A stretch of 64,000 nt of DNA from Minisyncoccota bacterium (GTDB lineage Bacteria > Patescibacteriota > Minisyncoccia > Phycocordibacterales > Phycocordibacteraceae), in contig DASWXP010000002.1 of the NCBI GenBank assembly GCA_036405415.1, positions 208,351 to 272,350 on the forward strand. Direction: 5' to 3'. The translations under genes and the position numbers were made by a program. This document shows positions 47,166-56,959 of this stretch, piece by piece; within the stretch, counting starts at the first letter, position 1, and each line of letters starts with the position of its first letter. Below the pieces are notes generated by a model, which did no database searches, was not told the DNA's origin, and worked only from the letters and a program-made list of their open reading frames with translations.

Positions 47166-47582
47166 CTAGAGGAATGTGTCGTCGTCGTTGAGGTTTGGGG
47201 TCTGGGAACCACCGGTGCCCGGCGTGAATCCTGGAAGGTTCGGGACCTGGTTATCAAGCCTGAACGTTCCCCTCACGATGTTCACGAGGCCCCAGACAGA
47301 TACCATCACGAAGAAGCCGACCACGCCCCAGATCGCCAGCTGCTTTCCCTGCGCGCGCTTCTCTTCGTCTGCGCCTCCGGCGATGAAGTAGAGGAAGAGG
47401 CCCCAGATGAACGCGAGGAACGCGAGCGCGAACACCAGCGGGATCAGCACGCCGCCTATGAAGCGCGTGATGCTCTGGAGCATGGACGGGATGGTGTTCC
47501 CGGATATCTCGTACTGCGCGTACGCGGACGAGGCTGACAGCAGGAACAGGGCGAACGAGAAGAATGCGGTTCGGAGAATCAT
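47166..47582 (-). CDS. VirB2/TrbC-like pilin
   Basis: Close paralogue of 46708-47073. Confidence 0.85.
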   Translation of the reverse strand: MILRTAFFSFALFLLSASSAYAQYEISGNTIPSMLQSITRFIGGVLIPLVFALAFLAFIWGLFLYFIAGGADEEKRAQGKQLAIWGVVGFFVMVSVWGLVNIVRGTFRLDNQVPNLPGFTPGTGGSQTPNLNDDDTFL

Positions 47583-47621
47583 ATATATTTAGGATACCAA
47601 TATCTGTGCCTTGAAACAGGG

Positions 47622-47927
47622 TTATGCACTGAGGGCCCCCGGGATAAGGGTAAGAAAGAGCCGGACGATGCCCCAGACCGAGAACATCACCACCAGACCA
47701 ATGATGCCCCACAGCATGAGCGCCTTCCCTTTTTGGCGGTTCTCTTCTCCGCCCATGAAAAGGAACCGCGCCATGCCGATGAAGAAGAACAGCAGCGCGA
47801 GCGCGTACAGGAGCGGCATGACTGCCGTATTCACGATGCTCACGATGCTGGCCGTGAACTCCTTGAAGCTCGCGGCACGCGCGAGAGCCGGCGTGAGCAT
47901 TAGGAAGGCTGCGACAAGGTACCGCAT
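47622..47927 (-). CDS. VirB2/TrbC-like pilin
   Basis: Signal peptide (ARA-A); GGEENRQKGK.LMLWGIIG..VMFSVWG. Confidence 0.82.
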   Translation of the reverse strand: MRYLVAAFLMLTPALARAASFKEFTASIVSIVNTAVMPLLYALALLFFFIGMARFLFMGGEENRQKGKALMLWGIIGLVVMFSVWGIVRLFLTLIPGALSA

Positions 47928-47929
47928 GA

Positions 47930-48310
47930 CTAGCGCAGAGAATTCACCGTACCTTCGATCACGAGCTGGATCGAGGTAGCGCCAAGGAGGATGAGACCGC
48001 CGATAACGGTCCACACCAGCGCGCTCTTAGCGCTCTGAAGCTTCTCGGCATTGCCTCTTGCAACCACGAACAGGAAGCCCACGTACACGAGCATCATGAT
48101 GAGGACTATGGTACCGATCTGTACGACGCCGCCGAGGATCGCCCGGAGAAACTCAGGGAGGGTTGAGACGCCGTTAAGCGGATTCACGAGCCCTCCTCCG
48201 GAGGTCGAGGTGCCGGTATTCGTTATAACCTCGGCGTGTGCCGCAAACGGCGCATACAGGAGCGTGAGGAGCACGGTATGCGAAAGAGAGCGAGTGAGTA
48301 TCCGGTTCAT
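47930..48310 (-). CDS. VirB2/TrbC-like pilin
   Basis: L.NPL, YVGFLFV.ARGN.EKL..AK..L.W.VIG. Confidence 0.82.
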   Translation of the reverse strand: MNRILTRSLSHTVLLTLLYAPFAAHAEVITNTGTSTSGGGLVNPLNGVSTLPEFLRAILGGVVQIGTIVLIMMLVYVGFLFVVARGNAEKLQSAKSALVWTVIGGLILLGATSIQLVIEGTVNSLR

Positions 48311-48311
48311 G

Positions 48312-49613
48312 CTAGTAGGACGCGTTAATGGACTGGCTTGCGGTTGAGATCGCGTTATTCACCGATTCCCTGCCGCTCGCCACGTTACGAATCATGGTAG
48401 CAAAGATCGTGTCTGTGTCCGTCGGCGCTGGGGAGAGCCAGCCGCGCGCAACGAGCGCCTCAGGATAGAAGACCGGCTCGTAGAGGTCATCCTTCGACGG
48501 TGCAAGTGCTGCACGGACTGCCGGCGCCATGCCGAGCTTGCGCGCAAACGCCGCAACACTCTTGGCGTCCGAGAAAGAGCGCGCCACGCGCACCGCGCCC
48601 TCGGCGTTCGCGCTCGTGCGCGGCACCGCGAACGCGTACGCCTTCCCGTACGTGACGCGCGTCTGGCTCGTTCCCGGGGACGGGACCGGCGCCATATCGA
48701 AGTCGAGGTTCGGATTCGCAGCCGCAAGCGCCTTGCGCTCGGACGCGAACCCGAGGTACAGCGCGAGATCCCCCGCTACGAACGCGTCCCTGCTCTGCGG
48801 CAAGGAGCGATTCCAGGAGTACACCGTCTTCGTTGGGTTCGCGAACTCGGTATAGAAATTCAGCGCGCTCTCGGTAGGACGGATGCCGTAGTTCGTGCCC
48901 TTCATGGTGTCGAGATCCGATTCGATGCCGTTGGTAGTTCTCGTAGTGATCTGGTATCCCGCCTGCATGAATAGCAGCGAGATGATGGCACGCGCATGGT
49001 CGATATTCTCGTACGTACCGAGCGCGATCAGGCTTCGCGACACCACCTGACCTTCGCCTTCTCGGTTGACCGTTCCGGCAAGTCCCGAGACCGCCTCCCA
49101 GGTCGACGGCGGCTGCGTCACGCCTGCCGATGCGAGAATCGGGCGGTTGTAATAGAGGATGAGCGGATCGACCAGGAACGGGATGCCGTACGTGCCTCCG
49201 GTGGTAAGGAAGAGCTCGCCTATAGGGAGGAAGCTGCTCCTGAAGTCTCGTTCGGAGATGGTGCTCGACGGGATCATGCCGAGCTTCGATTGCGCGGACG
49301 CGAGGTCTTCCTGGGAGATGACGATGAGATCGGGACCGCGTCCGGATGCGATCGCTTCGGCAAGGTCCTGGTCGAAGGTCTCCTGCGGACGCTGGGTGTA
49401 GGAGACTTTCCCGTATTCTTGGTGCGCCTGCTTGTACTCGCCAAGCGCCATGTTCATCTCGTTTGCAGGCAAGGTTCCCCAGATGGTAACGGTTCCCACC
49501 TGCGGCACTCCCGAGGAGAATCCCTGGAAGCTCGCGAACAGCGCGATACCGACGAGCGCGATGACGCCGAATATCGCCATCACGATGATCTGGAACGGAC
49601 GGAGGTTTTGCAT
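48312..49613 (-). CDS. Extracellular solute-binding protein (family 1-like)
   Basis: N-terminal anchor; G.GPDL, YGIP..VDPL.LYYN, P..W, F..G.LA.Y; no permease nearby. Confidence 0.8.
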   Translation of the reverse strand: MQNLRPFQIIVMAIFGVIALVGIALFASFQGFSSGVPQVGTVTIWGTLPANEMNMALGEYKQAHQEYGKVSYTQRPQETFDQDLAEAIASGRGPDLIVISQEDLASAQSKLGMIPSSTISERDFRSSFLPIGELFLTTGGTYGIPFLVDPLILYYNRPILASAGVTQPPSTWEAVSGLAGTVNREGEGQVVSRSLIALGTYENIDHARAIISLLFMQAGYQITTRTTNGIESDLDTMKGTNYGIRPTESALNFYTEFANPTKTVYSWNRSLPQSRDAFVAGDLALYLGFASERKALAAANPNLDFDMAPVPSPGTSQTRVTYGKAYAFAVPRTSANAEGAVRVARSFSDAKSVAAFARKLGMAPAVRAALAPSKDDLYEPVFYPEALVARGWLSPAPTDTDTIFATMIRNVASGRESVNNAISTASQSINASY

Positions 49614-49616
49614 AAG

Positions 49617-50147
49617 CTACGGCGCAGTGAATACGATCGAGTAATGGTGCGGACCCGCCCTGAAATCCTTCACCTTATGGAAACCAGCACTTATGAAGAG
49701 CTCTTCGGCGACATGTTCGGTGACTACGCGGTGCGGAAGCGGGCCCATGCCCCCGTACGCGCCTGCCCAGTCAATGACGAGGAGCCGGCCTCCGGTCTTG
49801 AGGATGCGCTTGATCTCGGCTACGGCCCCCTCTCTGTGATCAAGCTGAAAGAGCGTGTTCGAAAGGATAACGGCGTCGAGCGACGCGTCGCGCAGCTTCG
49901 TGCCGCCGAGCTTCTCGAAGTTGCCCCATATAGTCTCGACATTGCGCAGGCCCTTCCCGGCTGCGTGATCCTTCACGTGCTTCAGGATATCCTCCTGTAT
50001 GTCTACCGCGTACACGCGGCCCTCAGGACCGACGATCGCCGCAGCGCTCGCCGCGTAGTGCCCTGAGCCGACGCCCAGGTCCCCAACCTTCATGCCTTCG
50101 CGGAGCCCGAGCTGGAGCACGTTGCTCTGCGGATTGCTGAAATTCAT
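49617..50147 (-). CDS. Class I SAM-dependent methyltransferase
   Basis: VGDLGVGSG, VYAVDIQ, RILKTGG.L.VIDW. Confidence 0.9.
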   Translation of the reverse strand: MNFSNPQSNVLQLGLREGMKVGDLGVGSGHYAASAAAIVGPEGRVYAVDIQEDILKHVKDHAAGKGLRNVETIWGNFEKLGGTKLRDASLDAVILSNTLFQLDHREGAVAEIKRILKTGGRLLVIDWAGAYGGMGPLPHRVVTEHVAEELFISAGFHKVKDFRAGPHHYSIVFTAP

Positions 50148-50244
50148 ACGCAAAGTATAGCAAGCAGGCAGTTCTAGGTAGGTAGCAATCAACAAACACA
50201 AAGGGCGCGTCCGAGACGCGCCCTTTACCGGCGTACTGCCGTGT

Positions 50245-50418
50245 TCAGACGAAGGTGGTGCGATTGATGCCCTCGTGCCCGCGCTCGCGACGCTCCTCGG
50301 CGTCTCGCTCAGGGTTGTAGTCCACCCTGCACGGGACCGCGAATGCGCGACGGGGCTTCGCGGATTCTGGTGGCTGGGCCGAGACCGCAGGTTTCGGCCG
50401 AGGTGTGTTAACTCTCAT
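50245..50418 (-). CDS. Small hypothetical protein (57 aa, MRVNTPRP...)
   Basis: AGAGG RBS, ATG at 50418, followed by an intrinsic terminator at 50201-50226. Confidence 0.45.
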   Translation of the reverse strand: MRVNTPRPKPAVSAQPPESAKPRRAFAVPCRVDYNPERDAEERRERGHEGINRTTFV

Positions 50419-50490
50419 CGTTGCCTCTTTGCTTGCTGCCCGAAATGTTCCGGCAGTCCGAGAGGATATTAACACGAAATGTATAAATGT

Positions 50491-50865
50491 CTATCTATCC
50501 TTGATCCTGAACCGGAGTATGCCTTCCCGCATGTCGCGATTAGCAACCACTTCAGCATCTTCCGGGAGGTCATGAGGACGGATGCCGACTGGCTCGTCGC
50601 TGATCTGGATGTCGTCGAGCGAGAATCCGAGCTCGCTTGCGATCTTCGGTGTACTAACCGCATTGAACGCATCGATAGCCGCACGCAGCTCGCTCAGCGA
50701 GTTTGCAAGTATCATCCTCTGGTACGCTTCTGACTCTTCGCCCGTTAGTGCCATCCGCTCGCCGAGCGACCGCTTCTCGAAGGCAGCAGGGTTGATGCCC
50801 TCAGCCTTGTCAGGAACCCTCCTGAGCGCATCTGGTCCGAACTGCTGCATGCCTTCAAGTCCCAT
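50491..50865 (-). CDS. Hypothetical protein (124 aa)
   Basis: ORF directly after gyrA; no recognised motif. Confidence 0.6.
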   Translation of the reverse strand: MGLEGMQQFGPDALRRVPDKAEGINPAAFEKRSLGERMALTGEESEAYQRMILANSLSELRAAIDAFNAVSTPKIASELGFSLDDIQISDEPVGIRPHDLPEDAEVVANRDMREGILRFRIKDR

Positions 50866-50884
50866 ACTTGTTTCGGTTATGTGT

Positions 50885-53356
50885 CTAAAGCGCCACCATC
50901 GACGCGATGCTGTCTCCCTCGCGCATCTTCATGATGCGCACGCCCTGCGTCGCGCGTGAGAGGCTCGGAATCTCCCCTGCCGAACAGCGGATAACCTGGC
51001 CCTTCTTGGAGATGACGACGAGCTCGTCGTCCTTCTCGGCGTCGCCGATAAGCACCTTCGCGCCGATGATCTTACCCGTCTTCGCGGTCACGTCCGCAGT
51101 CTTGATGCCTGAGCCGCCGCGGCCTTGCACCTTGTACTCAGCGAGCGAGGTCTTCTTTCCGTACCCCTTGTCCATGATGACGAGCAGCGACGCGTTGTCG
51201 CCCGCCTCGCCCGGCACCACTTCCGCAGACACCACGCGGTCCCCCTTCTTCACGTTCATGCCGCGCACGCCCGCGGCCGTACGTCCCATGGCGCGCGTCT
51301 CCGCCTCGTCGAAGCGAATCGACTGACCTTCAGCGGTGACGATCGATACCGAATCGCCGGAAGCCGCAAGGTGCGCCGAGACGAGCCTGTCGCCGCCCTT
51401 GAGCGCGATCGCGATGATGCCAGAACGGCGCACGTCCGCGAACGACTTCGCCTCCACCTTCTTGATGGTGCCTGCTTCGGTCACGAGGAACACGGAGAGC
51501 CCATCGCGCTCCTTGCCCTTCGGGATCGCGAGTACGCTCGTCACGCGCTCTTCTCCCGCGAGCGGCAGGAAATTCATGATGCTCTTTCCCTTGGTAGCGC
51601 GCTTGCCTTCTGGAAGGTCGAACATGCGCAGCTGATATGCCTTGCCGAAGTCCGTGAAGAACAGCAGCTCTGCGTGCGCGCTCGCCTTCACGAAGTGCGT
51701 CACCACGTCCTCTTCCTTGGTGGACATATCAATCACGCCCACGCCGCCGCGCTTCTGCACCTTGTACTCGTCCGGGTTCGTGCGCTTCACATAGCCGCCT
51801 GCGGTTAGGACGAGTACGGACTCCTCGTCCGGGACGAGATCCTCGACGGAAATATTCTTCACACCGCCTTTCACAATCTTCGTGCGGCGATCATCGCCGT
51901 ATTTCTCGCCGATAGCCACGAGCTCTTCGCGCACAACCGCGAGGATGTTCTTCGCAGAAGAAAGAATCTTCTTGAGTCGCTTGATAAGCGCCTGGATCTC
52001 CGCGAGCTCGTCCTCGATCTTCTGGCGCTCGAGCGCTGCGAGCTTCTGGAGACGCATCTCGAGGATCGCTGCTGCCTGGATCTGAGAGAAGGCGAACTTC
52101 TTCTGAAGCGCTGCGGACGCGCTCGGGACGTCCTTGGATGCGCGGATGGTCTTGATGACCTCGTCGATGTGATCGAGCGCCTTGGAGAGGCCGAGCAGGA
52201 TGTGCTCGCGCTCTTCTGCCTTACGAAGCTCGTGCTCGGTACGACGCTTCACCACCTCCTCTCGATGGAGGATGAAGGACTCGAGCATGCCCTTCAAAGA
52301 AAGGGTCTGCGGCACGCCATCGACGAGCGCGAGCATGTTGTAGTGGAAGGTCGATTCGAGCTCGGTGTACTTGTAGAGATTATTCAAAACCGCCTGCGGA
52401 TGCGCGGTGCCCTTGAGCTCGACTACGACGCGGATATCCGCCGCGGACTCGTCGCGCAGGTCCTTCACGCCCTCGAGCTTCTTGTCGCGCACGAGGTCCG
52501 CGATGCGCGTGATGAGGTCCGCCTTGTTCACGCGGTACGGAATCGACGTTATGACGATGTTCGTTCCCTTCTTCTCCTCGACAATCTCAGCTTCGCCGCG
52601 CACCACCACGCCGCCGCGGCCTGAGGTGTAGGCGTGCTTGATATCTGTCTGGTTGAACGCGATAGCGCCGAGCGGGAAGTCCGGACCCTTCACGTGCTCG
52701 AGGAGGTCGTCCACGGACGCGTCCGGATTATCGATGAGGTGCGTGGTCGCGTTCACCACCTCGCGCAGGTTATGAGGCGGGATGTTCGTCGCCATACCAA
52801 CCGCGATGCCGAGCGTGCCGTTCAGAAGGAGGTTAGGGACGGCTGCCGGAAGGACGCTCGGCTCCTGCTTGCTTCCGTCGAAGTTCGGATTCCAGTCAAC
52901 GGTCTCCTTCTCGAGATCGCGGAGCATCTCATCGGCGAGGCGCGACATCTTCGCTTCGGTGTAGCGGTATGCTGCGGGCGGATCGCCGTCTACGGAACCG
53001 AAGTTACCCTGCCCCTGCACGAGGAGGTAGCGCGTCGCGAAGTCCTGCGCGAGCTTCACCATTGCGTCGTACACGGACGCGTCACCGTGCGGATGGTACG
53101 AACCGAGCACCTCTCCCACCACCGTCGCGGACTTCCGGAACTTCGCGGTCGGCGTGAGCCCGGTCTGACGCATAGCGTAGAGGATGCGGCGATGCACCGG
53201 CTTCAGTCCGTCGCGGACGTCCGGAAGGGCGCGGCTGGTGATGACGGACATCGCGTAATCGAGATACGACGTGCGCATCTCGCTCGTGATGGACTGATCC
53301 ACCACGTTCACGCGCGGCTCGATCGGTGCTTCTTCTTTTGCGGCTTTCTTCGGCAT
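50885..53356 (-). CDS. gyrA: DNA gyrase subunit A
   Basis: [35 protein letters not shown]; QKRGG.G GyrA-box in the CTD. Confidence 0.97.
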   Translation of the reverse strand: MPKKAAKEEAPIEPRVNVVDQSITSEMRTSYLDYAMSVITSRALPDVRDGLKPVHRRILYAMRQTGLTPTAKFRKSATVVGEVLGSYHPHGDASVYDAMVKLAQDFATRYLLVQGQGNFGSVDGDPPAAYRYTEAKMSRLADEMLRDLEKETVDWNPNFDGSKQEPSVLPAAVPNLLLNGTLGIAVGMATNIPPHNLREVVNATTHLIDNPDASVDDLLEHVKGPDFPLGAIAFNQTDIKHAYTSGRGGVVVRGEAEIVEEKKGTNIVITSIPYRVNKADLITRIADLVRDKKLEGVKDLRDESAADIRVVVELKGTAHPQAVLNNLYKYTELESTFHYNMLALVDGVPQTLSLKGMLESFILHREEVVKRRTEHELRKAEEREHILLGLSKALDHIDEVIKTIRASKDVPSASAALQKKFAFSQIQAAAILEMRLQKLAALERQKIEDELAEIQALIKRLKKILSSAKNILAVVREELVAIGEKYGDDRRTKIVKGGVKNISVEDLVPDEESVLVLTAGGYVKRTNPDEYKVQKRGGVGVIDMSTKEEDVVTHFVKASAHAELLFFTDFGKAYQLRMFDLPEGKRATKGKSIMNFLPLAGEERVTSVLAIPKGKERDGLSVFLVTEAGTIKKVEAKSFADVRRSGIIAIALKGGDRLVSAHLAASGDSVSIVTAEGQSIRFDEAETRAMGRTAAGVRGMNVKKGDRVVSAEVVPGEAGDNASLLVIMDKGYGKKTSLAEYKVQGRGGSGIKTADVTAKTGKIIGAKVLIGDAEKDDELVVISKKGQVIRCSAGEIPSLSRATQGVRIMKMREGDSIASMVAL

Positions 53357-53361
53357 GGAAA

Positions 53362-53733
53362 CTAGAACGGGATGACGGTCTTCTCGGTATCGTTCGCAGG
53401 CTGCGCGCGCCCCTCGAGCGTCGAGGAAGTGCGCGTCTCGATAACCTTGAGCGCAGCCTCGGTGCTCGTAGCATTGAATGCGGCGCCTGCCGCACCCATG
53501 AGGTTAGAGAACGCGCTCGCTGGCTCCTCGAACGATTCGGCGAATGTCTCGCGGTCTTCCGCAAGCTTCGGCTCGCTGAGCGCGAACGTTCCTGAGGTTC
53601 CGAGCGCAACCGCCCACCCGGCAGCGACAAGCGCCGTCACGCCGACCGCGACTCCCATCGCGATGTTGTGACGCACGTGCTCCGGCTTCTCCTGGAGGCG
53701 CTCGATGTGTCCCTTGAGGTTGTCTAGTGCCAT
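53362..53733 (-). CDS. Single-TM hypothetical protein
   Basis: L.EKPEHVR..IA followed by a TM segment. Confidence 0.65.
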   Translation of the reverse strand: MALDNLKGHIERLQEKPEHVRHNIAMGVAVGVTALVAAGWAVALGTSGTFALSEPKLAEDRETFAESFEEPASAFSNLMGAAGAAFNATSTEAALKVIETRTSSTLEGRAQPANDTEKTVIPF

Positions 53734-53736
53734 AGG

Positions 53737-54378
53737 CTATGCGGTTATGACGATGATAGCACCGTCCTTGTCAGCGGCATCCTTCTTCTTAAGGGTGAGC
53801 TTGTCCACCTTCTCGCTCTCCTTGCCGCTCTCCTTGAGGAAGCTCTCGAGGGCCTTGGGCTCACCCATGCCGTCCCAGTGCATCGGGATGACCACCTTGG
53901 GCTCGAGCGTTACGGCGAGCTTCGCCGCTTCTGCGGCGTTCAATACGCCGTCCCCGCCGACCGGCACGAAGAGCACGTCAATATCGTCGATCGCCTCGCG
54001 CGCGTCATGCGAGAGCATGGGGTCCGAGAGCGCGCCCAGATGCACGAGGGTCATGCCTTCAAGGGAGACGGCATATACCGTGTTCACCGCATCGGTCTCG
54101 CCTTTCGGAAGGCCGTACTGGCTCTTCGTGAGGAATCCTTGAACCGTGACGCCTGCTACCTCGTACTCTCCCGGTCCATCGATAACGAACGGCTCGGTGC
54201 CCCCGAACGAGACCTCGGCCACGCCGTTCATGTCCTTGTGCTTTCTCGTGACGAGCGCGATATCGGCGCCGAAGCGTACCGCCGGAAGCGAGGCTCCCTT
54301 TGCGACCGGATCGAAGACCAGGGTGCGGTCTCCGAGCGTCACCTTGAAGCATTGCCCGCCGTGATGGGTGATAACCAT
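53737..54378 (-). CDS. MBL-fold metallo-hydrolase-like protein (degenerate metal motif)
   Basis: ADIALVT..H.D, IDGPGEYE, HLG.L, DVLFVPVGG, VIPMHW. Confidence 0.85.
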   Translation of the reverse strand: MVITHHGGQCFKVTLGDRTLVFDPVAKGASLPAVRFGADIALVTRKHKDMNGVAEVSFGGTEPFVIDGPGEYEVAGVTVQGFLTKSQYGLPKGETDAVNTVYAVSLEGMTLVHLGALSDPMLSHDAREAIDDIDVLFVPVGGDGVLNAAEAAKLAVTLEPKVVIPMHWDGMGEPKALESFLKESGKESEKVDKLTLKKKDAADKDGAIIVITA

Positions 54379-54479
54379 GTTCTCTTCATTATACAGGAAT
54401 CGTAAGTCCTTTGATAGCAATCATGAGCCTATGCACAGGCCGCTTTGAGAAGATTTGATGTTAAGGCCGTACGATACCT

Positions 54480-54600
54480 GTGTGCGCGGTGATGCGCGGC
54501 ACGGGAGCTGGTCCGCAGGACCAAGTGCCGGGTTTTCTCCGGGTTACCGACCACCTGCGGTCCAGTTCCTTTACTGACCTGCCTCCTAGCAGGTCTTTCC
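54480..54600 (+). ncRNA. Candidate small structured RNA (about 120 nt)
   Basis: -10 TACGAT at 54470; GUGA-tetraloop hairpin; 17-bp G-U-containing stem with an internal loop; GACCTGC/GCAGGTC hairpin plus T-rich tail. Confidence 0.5.
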
Positions 54601-54714
54601 TATTTCTCATTAGGACATATCCACAGAGGTATTGACAATAGATGAAGAGTGGGGTATCTTTTCGGAGCTAAGGGCCTGGACTGTCCAGGAAGCCAAAGCC
54701 GGAAAGGAAAGACC

Positions 54715-54810
54715 ATGAAGGTCAACACCTACAATCCGCCGGGCCTCATCGGCCTGGCTCAAGTGAAGAACGTCGCCAACGTCGCCCTGGCCGGCGCCGC
54801 CTCCGCCTGA
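54715..54810 (+). CDS. 31-aa small ORF MKVNTYNPPGLIGLAQVKNVANVALAGAASA within a transcription unit of about 350 nt
   Basis: TTGACA-17-TATCTT promoter (54632-54660), AAGGAAAG RBS, GC3-biased codons, terminator near 54973-55014. Confidence 0.45.
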   Translation: MKVNTYNPPGLIGLAQVKNVANVALAGAASA

Positions 54811-55134
54811 TCGGGCGCCGGCCGCACCGGAGGGTGTGGGGAGCTTCCCCACCGAACGCAACTCTGTTGGCGTGCGCGCCAGAAAGGATAACGCGACGAA
54901 CAACCCCTACCAGGGCTCGTAACAAAATTCTTTGGCGTAGGTAGCGAATGCCGCTGCCAATCTCACATATACAAGGTCCCGCCAGACTTCGGTCTGCGCG
55001 GGGCCTTCTCTTTTACCTATATATATGGTAGGTTTCTCGCATCGCGAGCGCGTATATAAGCCGTGCGCGGGCTATCCCTCAGCTACCCTAAGGCAACTGA
55101 GTACCCGCCACACAGGACGCCTCGTACATTTCTA

Positions 55135-56274
55135 ATGCCTGAAGAGATTCAGACGACTGAGGAGCGCAAGGCTCCCCCGGTTGTCTCGACTGTAGTAGTA
55201 GAACCTGGCCACCCGATGGCCGGGATGATTGACGATATCGCCGTGCCACCGCGCGCAGGCGACCTCGTCGAGGGAACCATTATCGAGCTCGTGCGCGGAC
55301 GTCTCTATGTAGACCTCCCGCCGTTCGGCACCGGTATCATCTACGGCCGCGAGTACCTCAACGCCGCAGATGTGCTTAGGAAGGCGAATCCGGGCGACAC
55401 CATCTCCGCGAAGGTCGTCGACGCCGCTGGCCTTGATGGCTACATCGAGCTCTCCCTCAAGGAGGCGCGCCAGGCCGCTATCTGGAGCGAGGCTGAGCAG
55501 GCTATCGCCGCGCAGACCATCTACACCCTTACCGTCGACGAGGCGAACAAGGGCGGTCTCATCCTTTCTTGGCAGGGCATCCAGGGCTTCCTCCCTGCTT
55601 CCCAGCTTACGAAGGAGCACTACCCGCGCGTTCCTGAGGGCGACAAGGACAAGATCTTCGGCGAGCTCCAGAAGCTCACCGGCACCGCGCTTTCGGTGCG
55701 AATCATTACGGCCGACGCGAAGGAGGGCAAGCTCATCTTCTCTGAGCGTGCAGGCGACGAGGAGAACGAGAAGGCGTCCCTCATCGACAAGTACCAGGTG
55801 GGCGACGTGGTAGAGGGCGAGGTCACCGGCGCCGTTGACTTCGGCGTGTTCGTGAAGCTCGAGCAGGGTCTCGAGGGTCTCGTGCACATCTCGGAGCTCG
55901 ACTGGGGCCTCGTGGAGGACCCGCGTGCCCTCTTCAAGGTTGGCGACCGCGTATCCGTAAAGGTTATCGAGGTGAAGGACGGCAAGGTTTCCCTTTCCGT
56001 GAAGGCCCTCAAGGAGAACCCGTGGAAGACCGCGCAGGACCGCTACAAGAAAGGTATGGAGGTATCCGGCGTTATCATCAAGTACAACAAGCACGGCGCG
56101 CTCGCGTCCATCGAGGAAGGCGTCGCCGGTCTCGTGCACATCTCGGAGTTCGCGTCTCCAGCGGAGCTCCGCGATACGCTCGAGCTTGGCCGCGCATACC
56201 CGTTCACCATCACCCTCTTCGAGCCGAAGGACCAGCGCATGACGCTCTCCTTCGCCGGCGCGAAGAAGAAGTAG
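55135..56274 (+). CDS. rpsA: 30S ribosomal protein S1 (short, about 4 S1 domains)
   Basis: NKGG, GFLPASQ, FGVFV..GLEGLVHISE, GLVHISE. Confidence 0.9.
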   Translation: MPEEIQTTEERKAPPVVSTVVVEPGHPMAGMIDDIAVPPRAGDLVEGTIIELVRGRLYVDLPPFGTGIIYGREYLNAADVLRKANPGDTISAKVVDAAGLDGYIELSLKEARQAAIWSEAEQAIAAQTIYTLTVDEANKGGLILSWQGIQGFLPASQLTKEHYPRVPEGDKDKIFGELQKLTGTALSVRIITADAKEGKLIFSERAGDEENEKASLIDKYQVGDVVEGEVTGAVDFGVFVKLEQGLEGLVHISELDWGLVEDPRALFKVGDRVSVKVIEVKDGKVSLSVKALKENPWKTAQDRYKKGMEVSGVIIKYNKHGALASIEEGVAGLVHISEFASPAELRDTLELGRAYPFTITLFEPKDQRMTLSFAGAKKK

Positions 56275-56325
56275 TTCCCTATCGGGAAATGAAGGCGCCC
56301 GGAGCTCTCGCTCCGGGCGTTTTCG

Positions 56326-56907
56326 TTACGCAGGCACCCAATCGAAACAGGTAGTCTTACGCTTCGGCTGATGCTCAACGTACCCTTCGGGATCGAAGTG
56401 CTCGATCGGCATGAGCCACCTGAAGCGGATCATGCGATTCTTCGCGATCAGGCCCGGATACGACTTGGACGACTTCGAGGAAGACCGGAATTCTCCCGGA
56501 ATCCGCTCGAGGACGCTCAGGTCCACGAGCGTGATGCCGAGTTCCTCCCTAATTCCTCGAGCCATCGCCGTGAGGGGACGTTCGCTCCGCTGACGCTTCT
56601 CGCTTACGCTGATGTCTTGCTTGCGGATGCGGCGCGTACCGTTGGCGAACACCTGCATGGATTCCCGCAGGAACAGGCGTCCTGTCGGTCCTTCGTGGTA
56701 GATGAGCGCTTGCGCACGCTCGACCAGACGCAGGAGCTTGCCGCGCTTGTTAACCGCAAGCTGCGACTCTCCGTTCCGGATCTCCTTCCAGAAATCCTCG
56801 ACGGTCTTCGTGGGGCCTTGGCCCCAGGTTTCGAAAGGAACCTCGTGCTGCTTCAATATTCTTTGAAGCGACGTGAGGCTCTGAACTTTTAGTATGCGAT
56901 ATGCCAT
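56326..56907 (-). CDS. Nudix-like hypothetical protein
   Basis: WG.G..K.VED...E...GE; EK....E....A..RGIREELG. Confidence 0.6.
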   Translation of the reverse strand: MAYRILKVQSLTSLQRILKQHEVPFETWGQGPTKTVEDFWKEIRNGESQLAVNKRGKLLRLVERAQALIYHEGPTGRLFLRESMQVFANGTRRIRKQDISVSEKRQRSERPLTAMARGIREELGITLVDLSVLERIPGEFRSSSKSSKSYPGLIAKNRMIRFRWLMPIEHFDPEGYVEHQPKRKTTCFDWVPA

Positions 56908-56959
56908 CTGGCACCTCCCTCCGCTTCCGGAGGGAATGTAGCATGCTTTCTCCTAAACG

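Noticed and set aside
54661-55014. tmRNA (Ala-rich tag-like ORF, similar length)
   Set aside because: No GGGGC acceptor stem, T-arm (GGTTCRA) or CCA end, and the ORF has its own ATG and SD.
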